DNA from: Marivita sp. | GTDB lineage: Bacteria; Pseudomonadota; Alphaproteobacteria; Rhodobacterales; Rhodobacteraceae | DNA length: 64,000 nucleotides | Assembly: GCF_022763305.1 (NCBI RefSeq) | Contig: NZ_JALEGT010000093.1 | Location: 461-64,460 of the forward strand | Direction: 5' to 3' | Part shown: positions 1-9,808 of the stretch, in pieces | Numbering within the stretch: position 1 is the first letter of the stretch | How the letters are laid out: every line of letters starts with the position of its first letter | The notes under the pieces: model-generated | Database searches by the model: none | Told to the model about the DNA's origin: nothing | What the model saw: only the letters and a program-made list of their open reading frames with translations | Made by a program: the position numbers and the translations under genes

Positions 1-1
1 G

Positions 2-550
2 GATCTGCGCGAATTTCTCGCGCAAGACACCGGAATTGCGCCGATCCTGCGCGCGATCTCGGAGCTCTTTCAACCCGGAGAGGGATGCCGGGCGATCCTG
101 CCCCATGCCACGACGAACGCCGTTTTCCACGTCGATGTTCAGGAAAACTCGGTTGCCGCCCGCCGTGCCGACCACCCGGTCCTGCAGCAGATTGCCATCA
201 CTCACGGGCACGGACCGCTGTGGTCGGCACTGGCTGTAGCGTATGAACTGGATGCCCTGCTGACGGGAGAGCCCCCGCAGCTTTGGCGGCTTGCCAACGG
301 CGCTGTTGTCGAAGCCGCACGTGGCCTTTACGGGATCACGGCTAAAGTCGAGGACGGCCGCGTCACCGCCTTTACCCGCATCACGCCGACCGATCACCTG
401 ACGGCCCATGGCGGCGCGCTGGACCAGTCACTGGCCAGCCTGCCCGCCGAGCGTGCGCGGGGGTTGGCGCCGCTGCTCTTGTCAATTCTCGATCCGTGTT
501 ATCCAGTTTCCGTGGAACCTGCCCAACAAAGGGAGCCGGAGCATGCATGA
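2..550 (+). CDS. hupK: Hydrogenase maturation protein HupK/HoxV, 5'-truncated by the window edge
   Basis: Not in the ORF track (no start). Frame 2 is open from nt 2 to TGA 548-550: ...[30 protein letters not shown]...[13 protein letters not shown]..., with the ARG and DPC motifs of HupK/HoxV. Overlaps the hypA start. Confidence 0.8.
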   Translation, partial: DLREFLAQDTGIAPILRAISELFQPGEGCRAILPHATTNAVFHVDVQENSVAARRADHPVLQQIAITHGHGPLWSALAVAYELDALLTGEPPQLWRLANGAVVEAARGLYGITAKVEDGRVTAFTRITPTDHLTAHGGALDQSLASLPAERARGLAPLLLSILDPCYPVSVEPAQQREPEHA

Positions 551-884
551 GATGTCGCTTTGCGAAGGCATGCGCAGCGTGATCGAAGATCAGGCCCGCC
601 AGCACAATGTCGCGCGCATCACCCGCGTGCGGGTCGAGATCGGGCGCTTTGCCGGGGTCGAGACCAAGGCGCTGCACTTTGCCTTCGACGTGGTGATGCG
701 CGGGTCGGTGGCCGAGGGTGCCGAACTGGTCACGCTCGACCTGCCCGGACGGGCGCTGTGCTACGACTGTATGAAAGAGGTGGAGATCGAAGCCCGCCTC
801 GACCCCTGCCCCTTATGTGGCGGCGGAAAACTGATGCCGCAGGGCGGCGACGAAATGCGGATCAAGGATTTGGAGGTGGCGTAA
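543..884 (+). CDS. hypA: Hydrogenase nickel-incorporation protein HypA
   Basis: N-terminal MHEMSL Ni site and two CxxC motifs (CYDC, CPLC). Start reassigned to ATG 543 inside ORF 408..884. Confidence 0.95.
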   Translation: MHEMSLCEGMRSVIEDQARQHNVARITRVRVEIGRFAGVETKALHFAFDVVMRGSVAEGAELVTLDLPGRALCYDCMKEVEIEARLDPCPLCGGGKLMPQGGDEMRIKDLEVA

Positions 885-1720
885 TGTGTAATGTTTGCGG
901 ATGTTCGGACGGCGAAACCAAGGTGCATGGGCACAGCCATGATCACCACCATCACGACCATGACCACGGTCACCACCACCATCATCACCACGATCACCAC
1001 CATTACGGCCACGGCCCTGCGGGCACCGAAGTGCCGGGCATGTCGCAGGAGCGGCTGATCGAGATCGAGACCGACATCCTGTCGAAGAACGACCGCTATG
1101 CGCAGGCCAACCGGGCGGTTCTGACCCAGCGCGGCATTCTGGCGCTGAACCTCGTTTCCTCGCCCGGATCGGGCAAGACGACGCTCCTTTGCAAGACCAT
1201 CGAAGCCCTTGGGGATCAGCCGCTGGCGGTGATCGAAGGGGACCAGCAGACCCAGAACGACGCCGACCGTATCCGCGCGACCGGTGCGCGGGCGGTGCAG
1301 GTGAACACCGGCAAGGGCTGCCATCTGGATGGTCACATGGTGGGCCACGCGATGGAGCATCTGGCGCTGGACCCCGGGTCGATCCTCTTTATCGAGAACG
1401 TCGGCAATCTGGTCTGCCCCGCCGCCTTTGATTTGGGCGAAGATGCCAAGGTGGCGATCCTGTCGGTGACCGAAGGCGAAGACAAGCCGTTGAAATACCC
1501 AGATATGTTCACCGCTGCTCGGCTGGCGATCCTGAACAAGATCGACCTTGCGCCCCATTGCGATGTGGACCTCGACCTCTACGAGGCCAACCTGCGGCGG
1601 GTGAATCCGGGGATCGAGATCCTGCACCTGTCGGCACGCACCGGCGAAGGCATGGCGGAGTGGCTGGCGTGGCTGCGGACCCATCTGGCCGAGAAAGCGA
1701 TCCAAGAGGCGGCGCAATGA
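884..1720 (+). CDS. hypB: Hydrogenase nickel-incorporation GTPase HypB
   Basis: MCNVCGC N-terminus, His-rich tract, [10 protein letters not shown]-loop, [21 protein letters not shown] overlap with hypA. Confidence 0.96.
   Translation: MCNVCGCSDGETKVHGHSHDHHHHDHDHGHHHHHHHDHHHYGHGPAGTEVPGMSQERLIEIETDILSKNDRYAQANRAVLTQRGILALNLVSSPGSGKTTLLCKTIEALGDQPLAVIEGDQQTQNDADRIRATGARAVQVNTGKGCHLDGHMVGHAMEHLALDPGSILFIENVGNLVCPAAFDLGEDAKVAILSVTEGEDKPLKYPDMFTAARLAILNKIDLAPHCDVDLDLYEANLRRVNPGIEILHLSARTGEGMAEWLAWLRTHLAEKAIQEAAQ
925..1011 (+). repeat. His-rich low-complexity tract (CAC/CAT/GAC codons) inside hypB
   Basis: Encodes [29 protein letters not shown], a typical HypB Ni-storage segment. Confidence 0.85.
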
Positions 1721-3198
1721 CCAGCCTGCCCACTCTTCTGCTGGTGGATGACGAAGAGCATTCGCTGGCCGCCATGCGGATGGCGCTGGAGGACGATTTC
1801 GACTGTCTGGCGGCCACCAATGCCGATGATGCGATGCGGCTGATGGAGGAGAACTTCGTTCAGGCGATCTTTTGCGACCAGCGCATGCCCGGCAAGACAG
1901 GTGTCGAGTTTCTTGCGGATGTGCGCGAACGCTGGCCGGACACGGTGCGGATCATCATCACCGGTTATACCGAAACGAACGACATGATCGCGGCGATCAA
2001 TGAGGCCGGGATCTACCAGTTCCTGACCAAGCCCTGGCATCCCGATCAGCTTGTCATGGCGGCCAAGAACGCGGCGCAGTTGTTCCAGCTTGCGCGCGAT
2101 CATGATCGCATGTCGCTCGAGATGCGCTTCATGGGCAAGACAGCCGAAACCAAGGTCGAAGCGCGCCGTCGGACCTTGCGGGAAGGCTTCGGGTTCGAGC
2201 GCATCCTGCGTGCGCCCAATTCTCCGATGAACGCGACGGTTGAACTGGCGCGGCAGGTGGCGAGCTTTGATGTGCCGGTCCTCATCACCGGTGAGGCGGG
2301 CACCGGCAAGGACATCATGGCGCGCGCGATGCACTATGCCTCGTTACGGTCGGACCAGTCGTTCTACGAGTTGAACTGCGCCGGTCTGCCGGATGACGTG
2401 CTCAAACTGGAATTGCTGGGCGCCAAGAAAGGCGCCCTGCCCGGCCAGCCCAATACGAAGATCGGCCTCTTGCAGAAGGCCGCACGGGGAACCCTGTTCC
2501 TGAACGGTGTCGATACGCTCAGCCCGCAGATGCAGTTGGTTCTGCTGCGTGTTGCGACTGAAGGCAGTTTCGAACCGATCGGCGGGATGGAAACCCTGAC
2601 CACGAACACACGGCTGATCACCGGAAGTCACAGCGATCTGTCTGTCGCCGTGGCCGAGGGTGAGTTCCGGTCGGACCTTTACTATGCGATTTCCACAACC
2701 GAACTGTCTCTGCCGCCCCTGCGGGCGCGGATGGAGGATCTCGACATACTGTCGCGCCACATCCTTGGCGATCTGGCAAGCGAACATTCAAAGCCCGTCG
2801 AAGGGCTGTCGAAACTCGCGCTGGAATTTCTGGGCAATTACGACTGGCCCGGCAACCTGCCCGAGTTGACCAACGAACTGACCCGGATGCTGATCCTGAG
2901 CCAAGAGCCGCGGCTTGGGCCGGAACTGATCTCGCGCCACATCCTGCAGGCCGACCCATCGGTGTCGGCCCGCCCCGACCCGCGCGCGACCGATCTGCTG
3001 GTGTCGGAAGGCACGCTCAAGGACAGGGTCGAAGCCATCGAGGCGCGCATCCTGCGCGAAACGCTGACCCGACTGAAATGGAACAAGAGCCGTGCGGCGG
3101 ATGAGCTGGGGCTGAGCCGCGTCGGCTTGCGCTCCAAACTCGACCGCTACGGCGTGCATCAACCGGGCAAGACCACCGCCCCTGAAGAGGAGGATTGA
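1717..3198 (+). CDS. hupR: Hydrogenase response regulator HupR/HoxA (REC-AAA+-Fis HTH)
   Basis: Receiver (LLLVDDE...CDQRMPG), GEAGTGK Walker A, C-terminal [20 protein letters not shown]. Sits between hypB and hypC as in Rhodobacter. ATGA overlap with hypB. Confidence 0.9.
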   Translation: MTSLPTLLLVDDEEHSLAAMRMALEDDFDCLAATNADDAMRLMEENFVQAIFCDQRMPGKTGVEFLADVRERWPDTVRIIITGYTETNDMIAAINEAGIYQFLTKPWHPDQLVMAAKNAAQLFQLARDHDRMSLEMRFMGKTAETKVEARRRTLREGFGFERILRAPNSPMNATVELARQVASFDVPVLITGEAGTGKDIMARAMHYASLRSDQSFYELNCAGLPDDVLKLELLGAKKGALPGQPNTKIGLLQKAARGTLFLNGVDTLSPQMQLVLLRVATEGSFEPIGGMETLTTNTRLITGSHSDLSVAVAEGEFRSDLYYAISTTELSLPPLRARMEDLDILSRHILGDLASEHSKPVEGLSKLALEFLGNYDWPGNLPELTNELTRMLILSQEPRLGPELISRHILQADPSVSARPDPRATDLLVSEGTLKDRVEAIEARILRETLTRLKWNKSRAADELGLSRVGLRSKLDRYGVHQPGKTTAPEEED

Positions 3199-3201
3199 GC
3201 C

Positions 3202-3492
3202 ATGTGTCTGGGAATACCGGGACAGATCGTCGAGATCACCGATGCCGACCGATTGATGGCGATGGCAGACATTTCCGGCGTGCGCCGTGAGGTGTCAGTG
3301 GCCTGCGTGGCCACCCCTGATCTGAATGATCTTCTGGGCGAATGGGCGCTGATCCATGTGGGCTTTGCCATGAGCGTGATCGACGCGGACGAGGCAGCAA
3401 AGACGCTGGAGGCGTTGCGCGGTCTTGGAGAGGCGCAGGAAACGCTGGAGGCGATGGCCGAAGGGACCGCAGCACTTGAGGGCACGCAATGA
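3202..3492 (+). CDS. hypC: Hydrogenase chaperone HypC/HupF
   Basis: MCLGIPG N-terminus, LIHVGFAM motif. Confidence 0.95.
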   Translation: MCLGIPGQIVEITDADRLMAMADISGVRREVSVACVATPDLNDLLGEWALIHVGFAMSVIDADEAAKTLEALRGLGEAQETLEAMAEGTAALEGTQ

Positions 3493-4634
3493 GATATGTC
3501 GAAGAATTCCGCGATCCGATTGCTGCAAAAGCCGTGCTGTCCGCAATTGAGACATTGGTTGAAGAAATCGGTGCAACTGCCGAAAATCCCGTACATATCA
3601 TGGAAATTTGTGGTGGACACACCCATGCGATTTTCCGCTACGGGCTGGACCGGTTGACGCCGAAAGGCATCGAGTTCATCCACGGTCCCGGCTGCCCGGT
3701 CTGTGTGCTGCCGATGAGCCGCATCGACGAATGTGTCGAAATCGCCGAACGGCCCGAGGTGATCTTCTGCACCTTCGGCGACGCGATGCGTGTGCCGGGA
3801 ACGCAGAAATCTCTGTTGCAGGCCAAGGCCGATGGTGCTGACATCCGCATGGTCTATTCGCCGCTCGACGCGCTGGAAATTGCGCGGCGCAACCCGGAGC
3901 GGGAGGTGGTGTTCTTTGGTCTTGGGTTCGAGACAACCACGCCATCGACCGCGCTGTCGATCCAGCAAGCGGCGCGGGAAAGCCTGAGCAATTTCAGCGT
4001 GTTCTGCAACCACATTACAGTGCCCCCGCCGATCAAGGCGCTGCTGGATGATCCGCATATGGTGCTGGATGGGTTTGTCGGCCCCGGCCATGTGTCGATG
4101 GTGATCGGCACCCATCCGTACGATTTCATCGCTGAAACCTACGGCAAGCCCATCGTCGTCGCTGGCTTTGAACCGCTGGACCTGTTGCAATCCGTCTTGA
4201 TGGTGCTGCGCCAGATCCGCGATAGGCGCGCCGAGGTCGAGAACCAGTACGCGCGGGTGGTGCCGGAACATGGCAACCCGGTCTCGCTTGCCGCGATCGC
4301 CGATGTCTATGAGCCGCGCCCGACCTTCGAGTGGCGCGGGCTGGGCGAGATCGACGCGAGCGGGTTGCGCATCCGGGGCAAATACGCGGCCTTCGATGCC
4401 GAGGAGAAATTCGCTGTCGGCTACGGGGCCGGACCGCGCATCGTGGCGGAACCCGAAGGCTGCGCCTGTGGTCAGGTGATGACAGGGCGGATCAAGCCCA
4501 CGGGCTGCCCGCAATACGGCACCGGCTGCACGCCCGAGATGCCGCTGGGCGCGCTGATGGTCAGTTCCGAAGGGGCCTGCGCCGCCTATTACCAATACGG
4601 CGCGACCGATGACACGCTGGAGGCGGCGGAATGA
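3489..4634 (+). CDS. hypD: Hydrogenase formation protein HypD
   Basis: MEICGGHTH, GPGCPVC, GFETT, PGHVS and MVSSEGAC motifs. Confidence 0.97.
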   Translation: MRYVEEFRDPIAAKAVLSAIETLVEEIGATAENPVHIMEICGGHTHAIFRYGLDRLTPKGIEFIHGPGCPVCVLPMSRIDECVEIAERPEVIFCTFGDAMRVPGTQKSLLQAKADGADIRMVYSPLDALEIARRNPEREVVFFGLGFETTTPSTALSIQQAARESLSNFSVFCNHITVPPPIKALLDDPHMVLDGFVGPGHVSMVIGTHPYDFIAETYGKPIVVAGFEPLDLLQSVLMVLRQIRDRRAEVENQYARVVPEHGNPVSLAAIADVYEPRPTFEWRGLGEIDASGLRIRGKYAAFDAEEKFAVGYGAGPRIVAEPEGCACGQVMTGRIKPTGCPQYGTGCTPEMPLGALMVSSEGACAAYYQYGATDDTLEAAE

Positions 4635-5680
4635 ACATGACCACTCCGATCAAACCCGCCCGCCTGCGGGGCGACCGCGTGACCATGGCGCATGGCGGCG
4701 GTGGCAAGGCGATGCGCGATCTTATCGAAGAGATCTTTACCGACGTGTTCCTGCCCCCGGGATCAGAGGATCAGGCGCGGCTGACCTCGGATGCGCTGCG
4801 TGAACCGGGTGCACAACTGGCCTTCACCACCGACAGCTTTGTCGTGTCGCCCCCTGAATTTCCCGGCGGTGACATCGGCAAGATCGCGGTCTGCGGCACG
4901 GTGAACGATCTGGCGGTCGGCGGGGCGAAACCGCTTTGGCTGTCTGCTGCGTTCATCATCGAGGAAGGCTGCGAATTCGCCCTTCTGCGCCGCATCGTGA
5001 CGTCGATGCAGGCCGAGGCCGACAAGGCCGGTGTGCGGATTGTCACCGGCGATACCAAGGTTGTGGAACGGGGGGCGGCGGACAAGGTCTTTGTCACCAC
5101 CTCGGGCGTCGGGGTCATTCCAGCGGGGCGTGACATGCGGGCGGACAACATCCGCCCCGGCGATGTGGCACTGGTCAATGGCGTGCTCGGCGATCACGGC
5201 GCGACAATCCTTGCGGCGCGCGGCGACATGGCGCTGAGCACCGACATCCAGTCCGATTGCCAAAGTCTCAACGCGCTGATCGAGGCGGTGCTGGAAGCCG
5301 CACCCAACACCCGCGCCGCCCGGGATGCAACGCGCGGTGGGGTTGCGTCGGCGCTGAACGAGATGGCAGACGCCGCCGGCGTGCAGATCGAAATCGACGA
5401 GACCACCCTGCCCCTGCGCCCCGAGGTCAAAGGCGTCTGCGAGGTGCTGGGGCTCGACCCGCTATACCTTGCCAATGAAGGCACTCTGGTGCTTTTCGTT
5501 CCCGCCGACGAGGCCGACGCTGCGCTCGCCGCGATGAAAAGCGTCGAGGCGGGACGCAATGCCACCGCCATCGGCACGGCCAAAGCCGGTCATCCGGGAC
5601 GGGTCACGATGAAGACCCTGTTCGGCGGGCAACGGCTGGTGGACACATTGGTCGGAGAGCAATTGCCCCGCATCTGTTGA
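4631..5680 (+). CDS. hypE: Hydrogenase carbamoyl dehydratase HypE
   Basis: AHGGGG, GDIGKIAVCGTVNDL, GDTKVV, RDATRGG, C-terminal PRIC. Confidence 0.97.
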   Translation: MNMTTPIKPARLRGDRVTMAHGGGGKAMRDLIEEIFTDVFLPPGSEDQARLTSDALREPGAQLAFTTDSFVVSPPEFPGGDIGKIAVCGTVNDLAVGGAKPLWLSAAFIIEEGCEFALLRRIVTSMQAEADKAGVRIVTGDTKVVERGAADKVFVTTSGVGVIPAGRDMRADNIRPGDVALVNGVLGDHGATILAARGDMALSTDIQSDCQSLNALIEAVLEAAPNTRAARDATRGGVASALNEMADAAGVQIEIDETTLPLRPEVKGVCEVLGLDPLYLANEGTLVLFVPADEADAALAAMKSVEAGRNATAIGTAKAGHPGRVTMKTLFGGQRLVDTLVGEQLPRIC

Positions 5681-5696
5681 CCTTGCCCTCGGAGGA

Positions 5697-6092
5697 TCAG
5701 CGCGCAACCTCATAAAGTTCGAGCGGCAGGTCGTCCGGATCGCGGAAAAAGGTGAAACGGCACCCGGTGTAAGGGTCGATCCGAATGTTTTCGACCGCGA
5801 TGCCCCGTGCCTCGAGCCTGGTCTTCATGTCGGCGACATCGGAAACGGCAAAGGCCAGATGCCGCAGGCCGCGCGCTTCGGGGCGCGACGCGCGGGCGGG
5901 TGGATCGGGAAAGGAAAACAGCTCCACCTGCGATCCGTCGGGCAAGCCGAGATCCAGCTTCCACGACCCCCGCTCTTCGCGGAAATTCTCGGCGAGAACG
6001 GTCAGACCCAGCGTATCGATATAGAACGCCCTGGACCTGTCATAGTCCGAACAGATGATGGCGGCATGGTGAAGTCCGCGCAGATGCGCCAT
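5697..6092 (-). CDS. VOC/glyoxalase family protein (YaeR/GloA2-like)
   Basis: LHHAAIICSDY, ELFSFP, GLRHLAF, FFRDPDDLPLELYE. Start reassigned to ATG 6092. Confidence 0.88.
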   Translation of the reverse strand: MAHLRGLHHAAIICSDYDRSRAFYIDTLGLTVLAENFREERGSWKLDLGLPDGSQVELFSFPDPPARASRPEARGLRHLAFAVSDVADMKTRLEARGIAVENIRIDPYTGCRFTFFRDPDDLPLELYEVAR

Positions 6093-6182
6093 CGGCGTCG
6101 CTCCGTGTTTTGCGCCATTATGAAAGCAGCGGCCCGCCCCCGCAATGGGCCCACGACCGCGCCATCCGGACATCCCCGAGGG

Positions 6183-6210
6183 TTGACACCCGGTCGACCG
6201 CTGTTAGCGC
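6183..6210 (+). promoter_or_regulatory. Putative sigma70 promoter of the TetR gene
   Basis: TTGACA (6183-6188), 16-nt spacer containing palindrome CGGTCGACCG, then TG-T-TAGCGC ending 6 nt before ATG 6217. Confidence 0.45.
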
Positions 6211-6216
6211 TTTGGC

Positions 6217-6879
6217 ATGCGGAAGACAGACACCCACGTTGCGCCCGTGCGCACCCGAGACCCGGAGCGCACCCGGGCGCAGATCCTCGAAGCGGCGCTG
6301 ACCGAATTCGCGGCGCATGGCTTCGATGGTGCAAAGGTGCATGCGATTGCCGAAAGCGCGGGCTGCAATGCACGGCTGATCTATCATTACTTCGACAGCA
6401 AGGAGCGGCTCTACATCGCTGCCCTGCGTCGCATTTATTCAGAGATCCGCGCGCGCGAAGAGGATTTGCACCTCGATACGCTGCCGCCGGAACAGGCGAT
6501 CCGCCGTCTGACGGAAACCACCTTCGATTTCTTCGGAAACAACTCGGTTTTCCTGTCGATCACGCGCAGCGAGAACCTTCTGGGCGGGCGGTTCATCAGC
6601 CAGGAACCCGAGATCCAGAAGATGTCGCAACCGTTTCTCGACAAGATCGCCGATGTTCTGAAACGCGGGCATGAGGCTGGTGTTTTCCGCGACGGGATCG
6701 ACGCGTTGCAACTCTATGTCAGCATCGTTGCGCTAAGCGCACATCACATCAATGCCAGCCACACTCTGTCGGCCACCTTCGGGCGGGACTTGTCCACCGA
6801 GGCGTGGCGGCAGGACCGGCGACAGCATGTGATCGAGATGGTGCAGGCCGCCGTCCGTCAGCGCGAATCGAAGGCCTGA
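6217..6879 (+). CDS. TetR family transcriptional regulator (RutR/NicS-like)
   Basis: RDPERTRAQILEAALTEFAAHGFDGAKVHAIA...LIYHYFDSKERLY HTH; C-terminal GVFRDGIDALQLYVSI. Confidence 0.9.
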   Translation: MRKTDTHVAPVRTRDPERTRAQILEAALTEFAAHGFDGAKVHAIAESAGCNARLIYHYFDSKERLYIAALRRIYSEIRAREEDLHLDTLPPEQAIRRLTETTFDFFGNNSVFLSITRSENLLGGRFISQEPEIQKMSQPFLDKIADVLKRGHEAGVFRDGIDALQLYVSIVALSAHHINASHTLSATFGRDLSTEAWRQDRRQHVIEMVQAAVRQRESKA

Positions 6880-7037
6880 CCCGCGCCAAGGGTGCGACAT
6901 TGTATACCTCCGCATATGCAGATTTCTTGCTCAGACGGCGAAAATAACGCCTGCAAAAGAGGCAGCGCGAAGATAATTCAATTTTCATTTACTTAACCAC
7001 TTCCGGTTTCACGACGCGCTGCTGTTGGGTCGGCGGC

Positions 7038-7892
7038 ATGAACATGTCAGCCAACATCCCCGCTCCCACCGCGCAGCAGGCCAAACCTGCAGGCGTTCAT
7101 TCCCGACCGGCGTTGGAACTGCAGGACGCGTCCGTTGTCTTTGGCAGCGGAGACACCGCAGTCACGGCTCTGTCGCCCACAAACCTCAAGATGGAGCGCG
7201 GGGATTTCCTTGCGCTTGTCGGCCCATCAGGCTGCGGAAAGTCCACGATCCTCAAGCTCGTCAGCAACCTGATCCAGCCCAGCTCGGGTCTTGTGCTGGT
7301 GGGCGGGAAAGAGGCGAAGGCCAAGGAACTGCGCATCGGCATGGCGTTCCAGAACCCGACGATGCTGCCCTGGCTCACCATCGAGCAGAACATCCTGATG
7401 CCGCTCAAGATCGTGGCACCGTTCAAGCACACCTATCGGCAGGACAAGAAGGGCGCGTTCCGCGACCGCGTGCATGCGCTGCTGGCACAGGTGGGGTTGA
7501 AGGATTTCGCCAACCATTATCCCTGGCAGTTGTCGGGCGGCATGTTGCAGCGGTCCAATCTCTGCCGGGCGCTGGTGCATGAACCGGACCTGCTGCTGCT
7601 GGATGAACCCTTTGGCGCGCTCGACCAGTTCACCCGCGAAGAGCTGTGGCAGATCATGCAGACGCTGTATCTGGATCGCAAACCCACGGTTCTTCTGGTC
7701 ACGCATGACCTGCGCGAAGCGGGATACCTGGCCAACCGCATCTGCGTGATGAGCGCACGTCCGGGGCGGATCATCTCGGACGAGCCGGTGAACATCCCGC
7801 AACCGCGCGACATCGGCATGATCTATAGCCCCGAATTCGTCGAAATGACCCAAGGCCTGCGTGAGTTGATCGCGCAAGTCCGCAGCGCGTGA
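7038..7892 (+). CDS. NitT/TauT-family ABC transporter ATP-binding protein
   Basis: [29 protein letters not shown]. Confidence 0.92.
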   Translation: MNMSANIPAPTAQQAKPAGVHSRPALELQDASVVFGSGDTAVTALSPTNLKMERGDFLALVGPSGCGKSTILKLVSNLIQPSSGLVLVGGKEAKAKELRIGMAFQNPTMLPWLTIEQNILMPLKIVAPFKHTYRQDKKGAFRDRVHALLAQVGLKDFANHYPWQLSGGMLQRSNLCRALVHEPDLLLLDEPFGALDQFTREELWQIMQTLYLDRKPTVLLVTHDLREAGYLANRICVMSARPGRIISDEPVNIPQPRDIGMIYSPEFVEMTQGLRELIAQVRSA

Positions 7893-7902
7893 GGATTTTG
7901 CA

Positions 7903-8676
7903 ATGACCGACTCTCAACGCATCCGAGTGCTGTCCAGCTCGCTGATCATCGGGTTCTTCCTGACATGGGAGGTGCTCTGCATAATCCTGAACGTGTCTGA
8001 CCTGATCCTGCCGCGCCCGTCCGAGATTTTGGTGACGATGTGGACGCGGTTCCCGGTGCTCTGGCCGCATATCCTGCAGACGCTCTATTCCACTTTGTTC
8101 GGCTTTTCGCTGGGCGTGATCATCGGGGTCGCTTTGGGCGTGATCGTGGGAACCTCGAAGATCGCCTATGCCGTGGCGTACCCCTTGCTGGTCGGATTTT
8201 CGTCGATCCCCAAGGTCGCGGTGGTGCCTATTTTCGTTTTGTGGTTCGGGTCGGGCACCACGCCCGCCGTGCTGACGGCGATGGTGATCTGCGTGTTCCC
8301 GATCGTCGTCAACATCGCCACGGGCCTTGCCACGACCGAGCCAGAACTTGAAGACGTGCTCAAGACGCTGGGGGCCTCAAAGACAGAGATCCTGTGGAAT
8401 GTCGGTCTGCCCCGCGCGATGCCCTATTTCTTTGCCTCGCTCAAAGTGGCGATCACGCTCTCCTTTGTGGGCGCGGTCCTGTCGGAGACCGTGGCGTCCA
8501 ACATGGGCATCGGCAACGTGATGATGACCGCCTCCTCAAACTTCCAGGTCTCGCTGGTCTTTGCCGGGCTGATCATCCTCGCCCTGATGGGGGTCGCGCT
8601 TTACGCGGTCTTCTCGTTCCTCGAACGCCGGGTCACCGGCTGGGCCACACGCGGCAACGACATCGCCGTCACCTGA
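7903..8676 (+). CDS. NitT/TauT-family ABC transporter permease
   Basis: Hydrophobic; LPRPSEI, SSIPKVAVVP and an EAA-like loop (LKTLGASKTEIL...LPRAMP). Confidence 0.9.
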   Translation: MTDSQRIRVLSSSLIIGFFLTWEVLCIILNVSDLILPRPSEILVTMWTRFPVLWPHILQTLYSTLFGFSLGVIIGVALGVIVGTSKIAYAVAYPLLVGFSSIPKVAVVPIFVLWFGSGTTPAVLTAMVICVFPIVVNIATGLATTEPELEDVLKTLGASKTEILWNVGLPRAMPYFFASLKVAITLSFVGAVLSETVASNMGIGNVMMTASSNFQVSLVFAGLIILALMGVALYAVFSFLERRVTGWATRGNDIAVT

Positions 8677-8715
8677 TCCGAAACTTCCCTCTCTCCAATC
8701 GAAAAGGACGACCTC

Positions 8716-9741
8716 ATGAAACACTCTCTGTTCGGTGCCGCCCTCGCCCTTCTGGCCGGAGCTGCCCCCGCCTTTGCCGAAATGACCGACATCCGCTTCA
8801 CACTCGGCTGGAAAACCCAAGGGTCGGACGCGCCCTTCCTGCTCGCACTGCACAAAGGCTATTTCGAGGAAGAAGGCCTGAACGTCACCATCGACCAGGG
8901 CGAAGGATCGGCCGCAACCGTGACGCGCATCATGGGCGGGGCCTATGACGCAGGTTTCGGGGACATCAACGCCATCATCCAGAACGCGGCCGCCCGTCCG
9001 GGCGAAGCGCCGGTCATGGTCTACCAGCTTTGGAACCGCCCGCCCTTTGCCATCGTGACGCCCAAGACCGCCGGGATCGAAACACCCGCCGATTTCGAAG
9101 GCAAGACGCTGGGCGGCGCGCAAGGCACGCCGACCACCCGCCTTTTCCCGGTCTTCGCCGAGCTGAACGGCATCAACCTTGATGCGGTCAAGCAAGAGAA
9201 CATGGCGCCGAACCTGCAGGAGCCGATGATGATCCGCGGCGACATCGACGGCGCGTTTGTCTTCACCTCGACCAGCTGGTTCAACCTGATCGCCAACCGT
9301 CAGGACCCGGCAAACGACTACAACTGGTTCAACTTCGAAGACTACGGGATGGACCTCTATTCCAACGGTCTGATGGTATCGCGCCAGTTGCTGGCCGAGA
9401 ACCCCGAAGCGGTGGCAGGTCTCGTCCGCGCGGTGAACAAGGCCACCATGGAAGTCGCGGCCAATCAGGACAGCTCGGTCGAGGCGATCCTTGCCTTCGA
9501 CAACCTGGTCGACCCGGAACTGGAACGCGCCCGTCTGGAATTCGCGCTGACCAACCTGATGAACGCGCCCGAAGTGACCGAGATCGGCATGGGCGATCTG
9601 GTGGACGAGCGTCTGACCCGTTCCATCGAGATCGTCGCCAAGGGCTATGGCCTCGACCGCCTGCCCGAAGCGTCGGAAATCTTCAACCGCTCTTTCCTGC
9701 CGCCGATGGAAACGCGCACCTTCGAAGTGACGCTGAACTGA
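8716..9741 (+). CDS. NMT1/THI5-like ABC substrate-binding protein
   Basis: Signal peptide ending AFA; FTLGW...APFLLALHKGYFEEEGLNVTI...GEGS; DLYSNGL. Confidence 0.88.
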   Translation: MKHSLFGAALALLAGAAPAFAEMTDIRFTLGWKTQGSDAPFLLALHKGYFEEEGLNVTIDQGEGSAATVTRIMGGAYDAGFGDINAIIQNAAARPGEAPVMVYQLWNRPPFAIVTPKTAGIETPADFEGKTLGGAQGTPTTRLFPVFAELNGINLDAVKQENMAPNLQEPMMIRGDIDGAFVFTSTSWFNLIANRQDPANDYNWFNFEDYGMDLYSNGLMVSRQLLAENPEAVAGLVRAVNKATMEVAANQDSSVEAILAFDNLVDPELERARLEFALTNLMNAPEVTEIGMGDLVDERLTRSIEIVAKGYGLDRLPEASEIFNRSFLPPMETRTFEVTLN

Positions 9742-9753
9742 GCCACGCAACAG

Positions 9754-9784
9754 ACATGCGCCAAGGCCCTGCTTTGGCGCATGT
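9754..9784 (+). other. Intercistronic stem-loop after the substrate-binding gene
   Basis: ACATGCGCCAAGG-ccctg-CTTTGGCGCATGT inverted repeat, no strong U-tract. Confidence 0.55.
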
Positions 9785-9808
9785 TGTCTGTCTGGGGATC
9801 GCGGACAT

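Noticed and set aside
925..1011. CAC/CAT repeat as a microsatellite or array
   Set aside because: Explained by the poly-His tract of HypB; no repeat-spacer structure.
6993..7010. RutR box upstream of the ABC operon (TTAACCACTTCCGGTTT)
   Set aside because: AACC-N6-GGTT spacing does not match the RutR TTGACCAnnTGGTCAA consensus; single weak copy.
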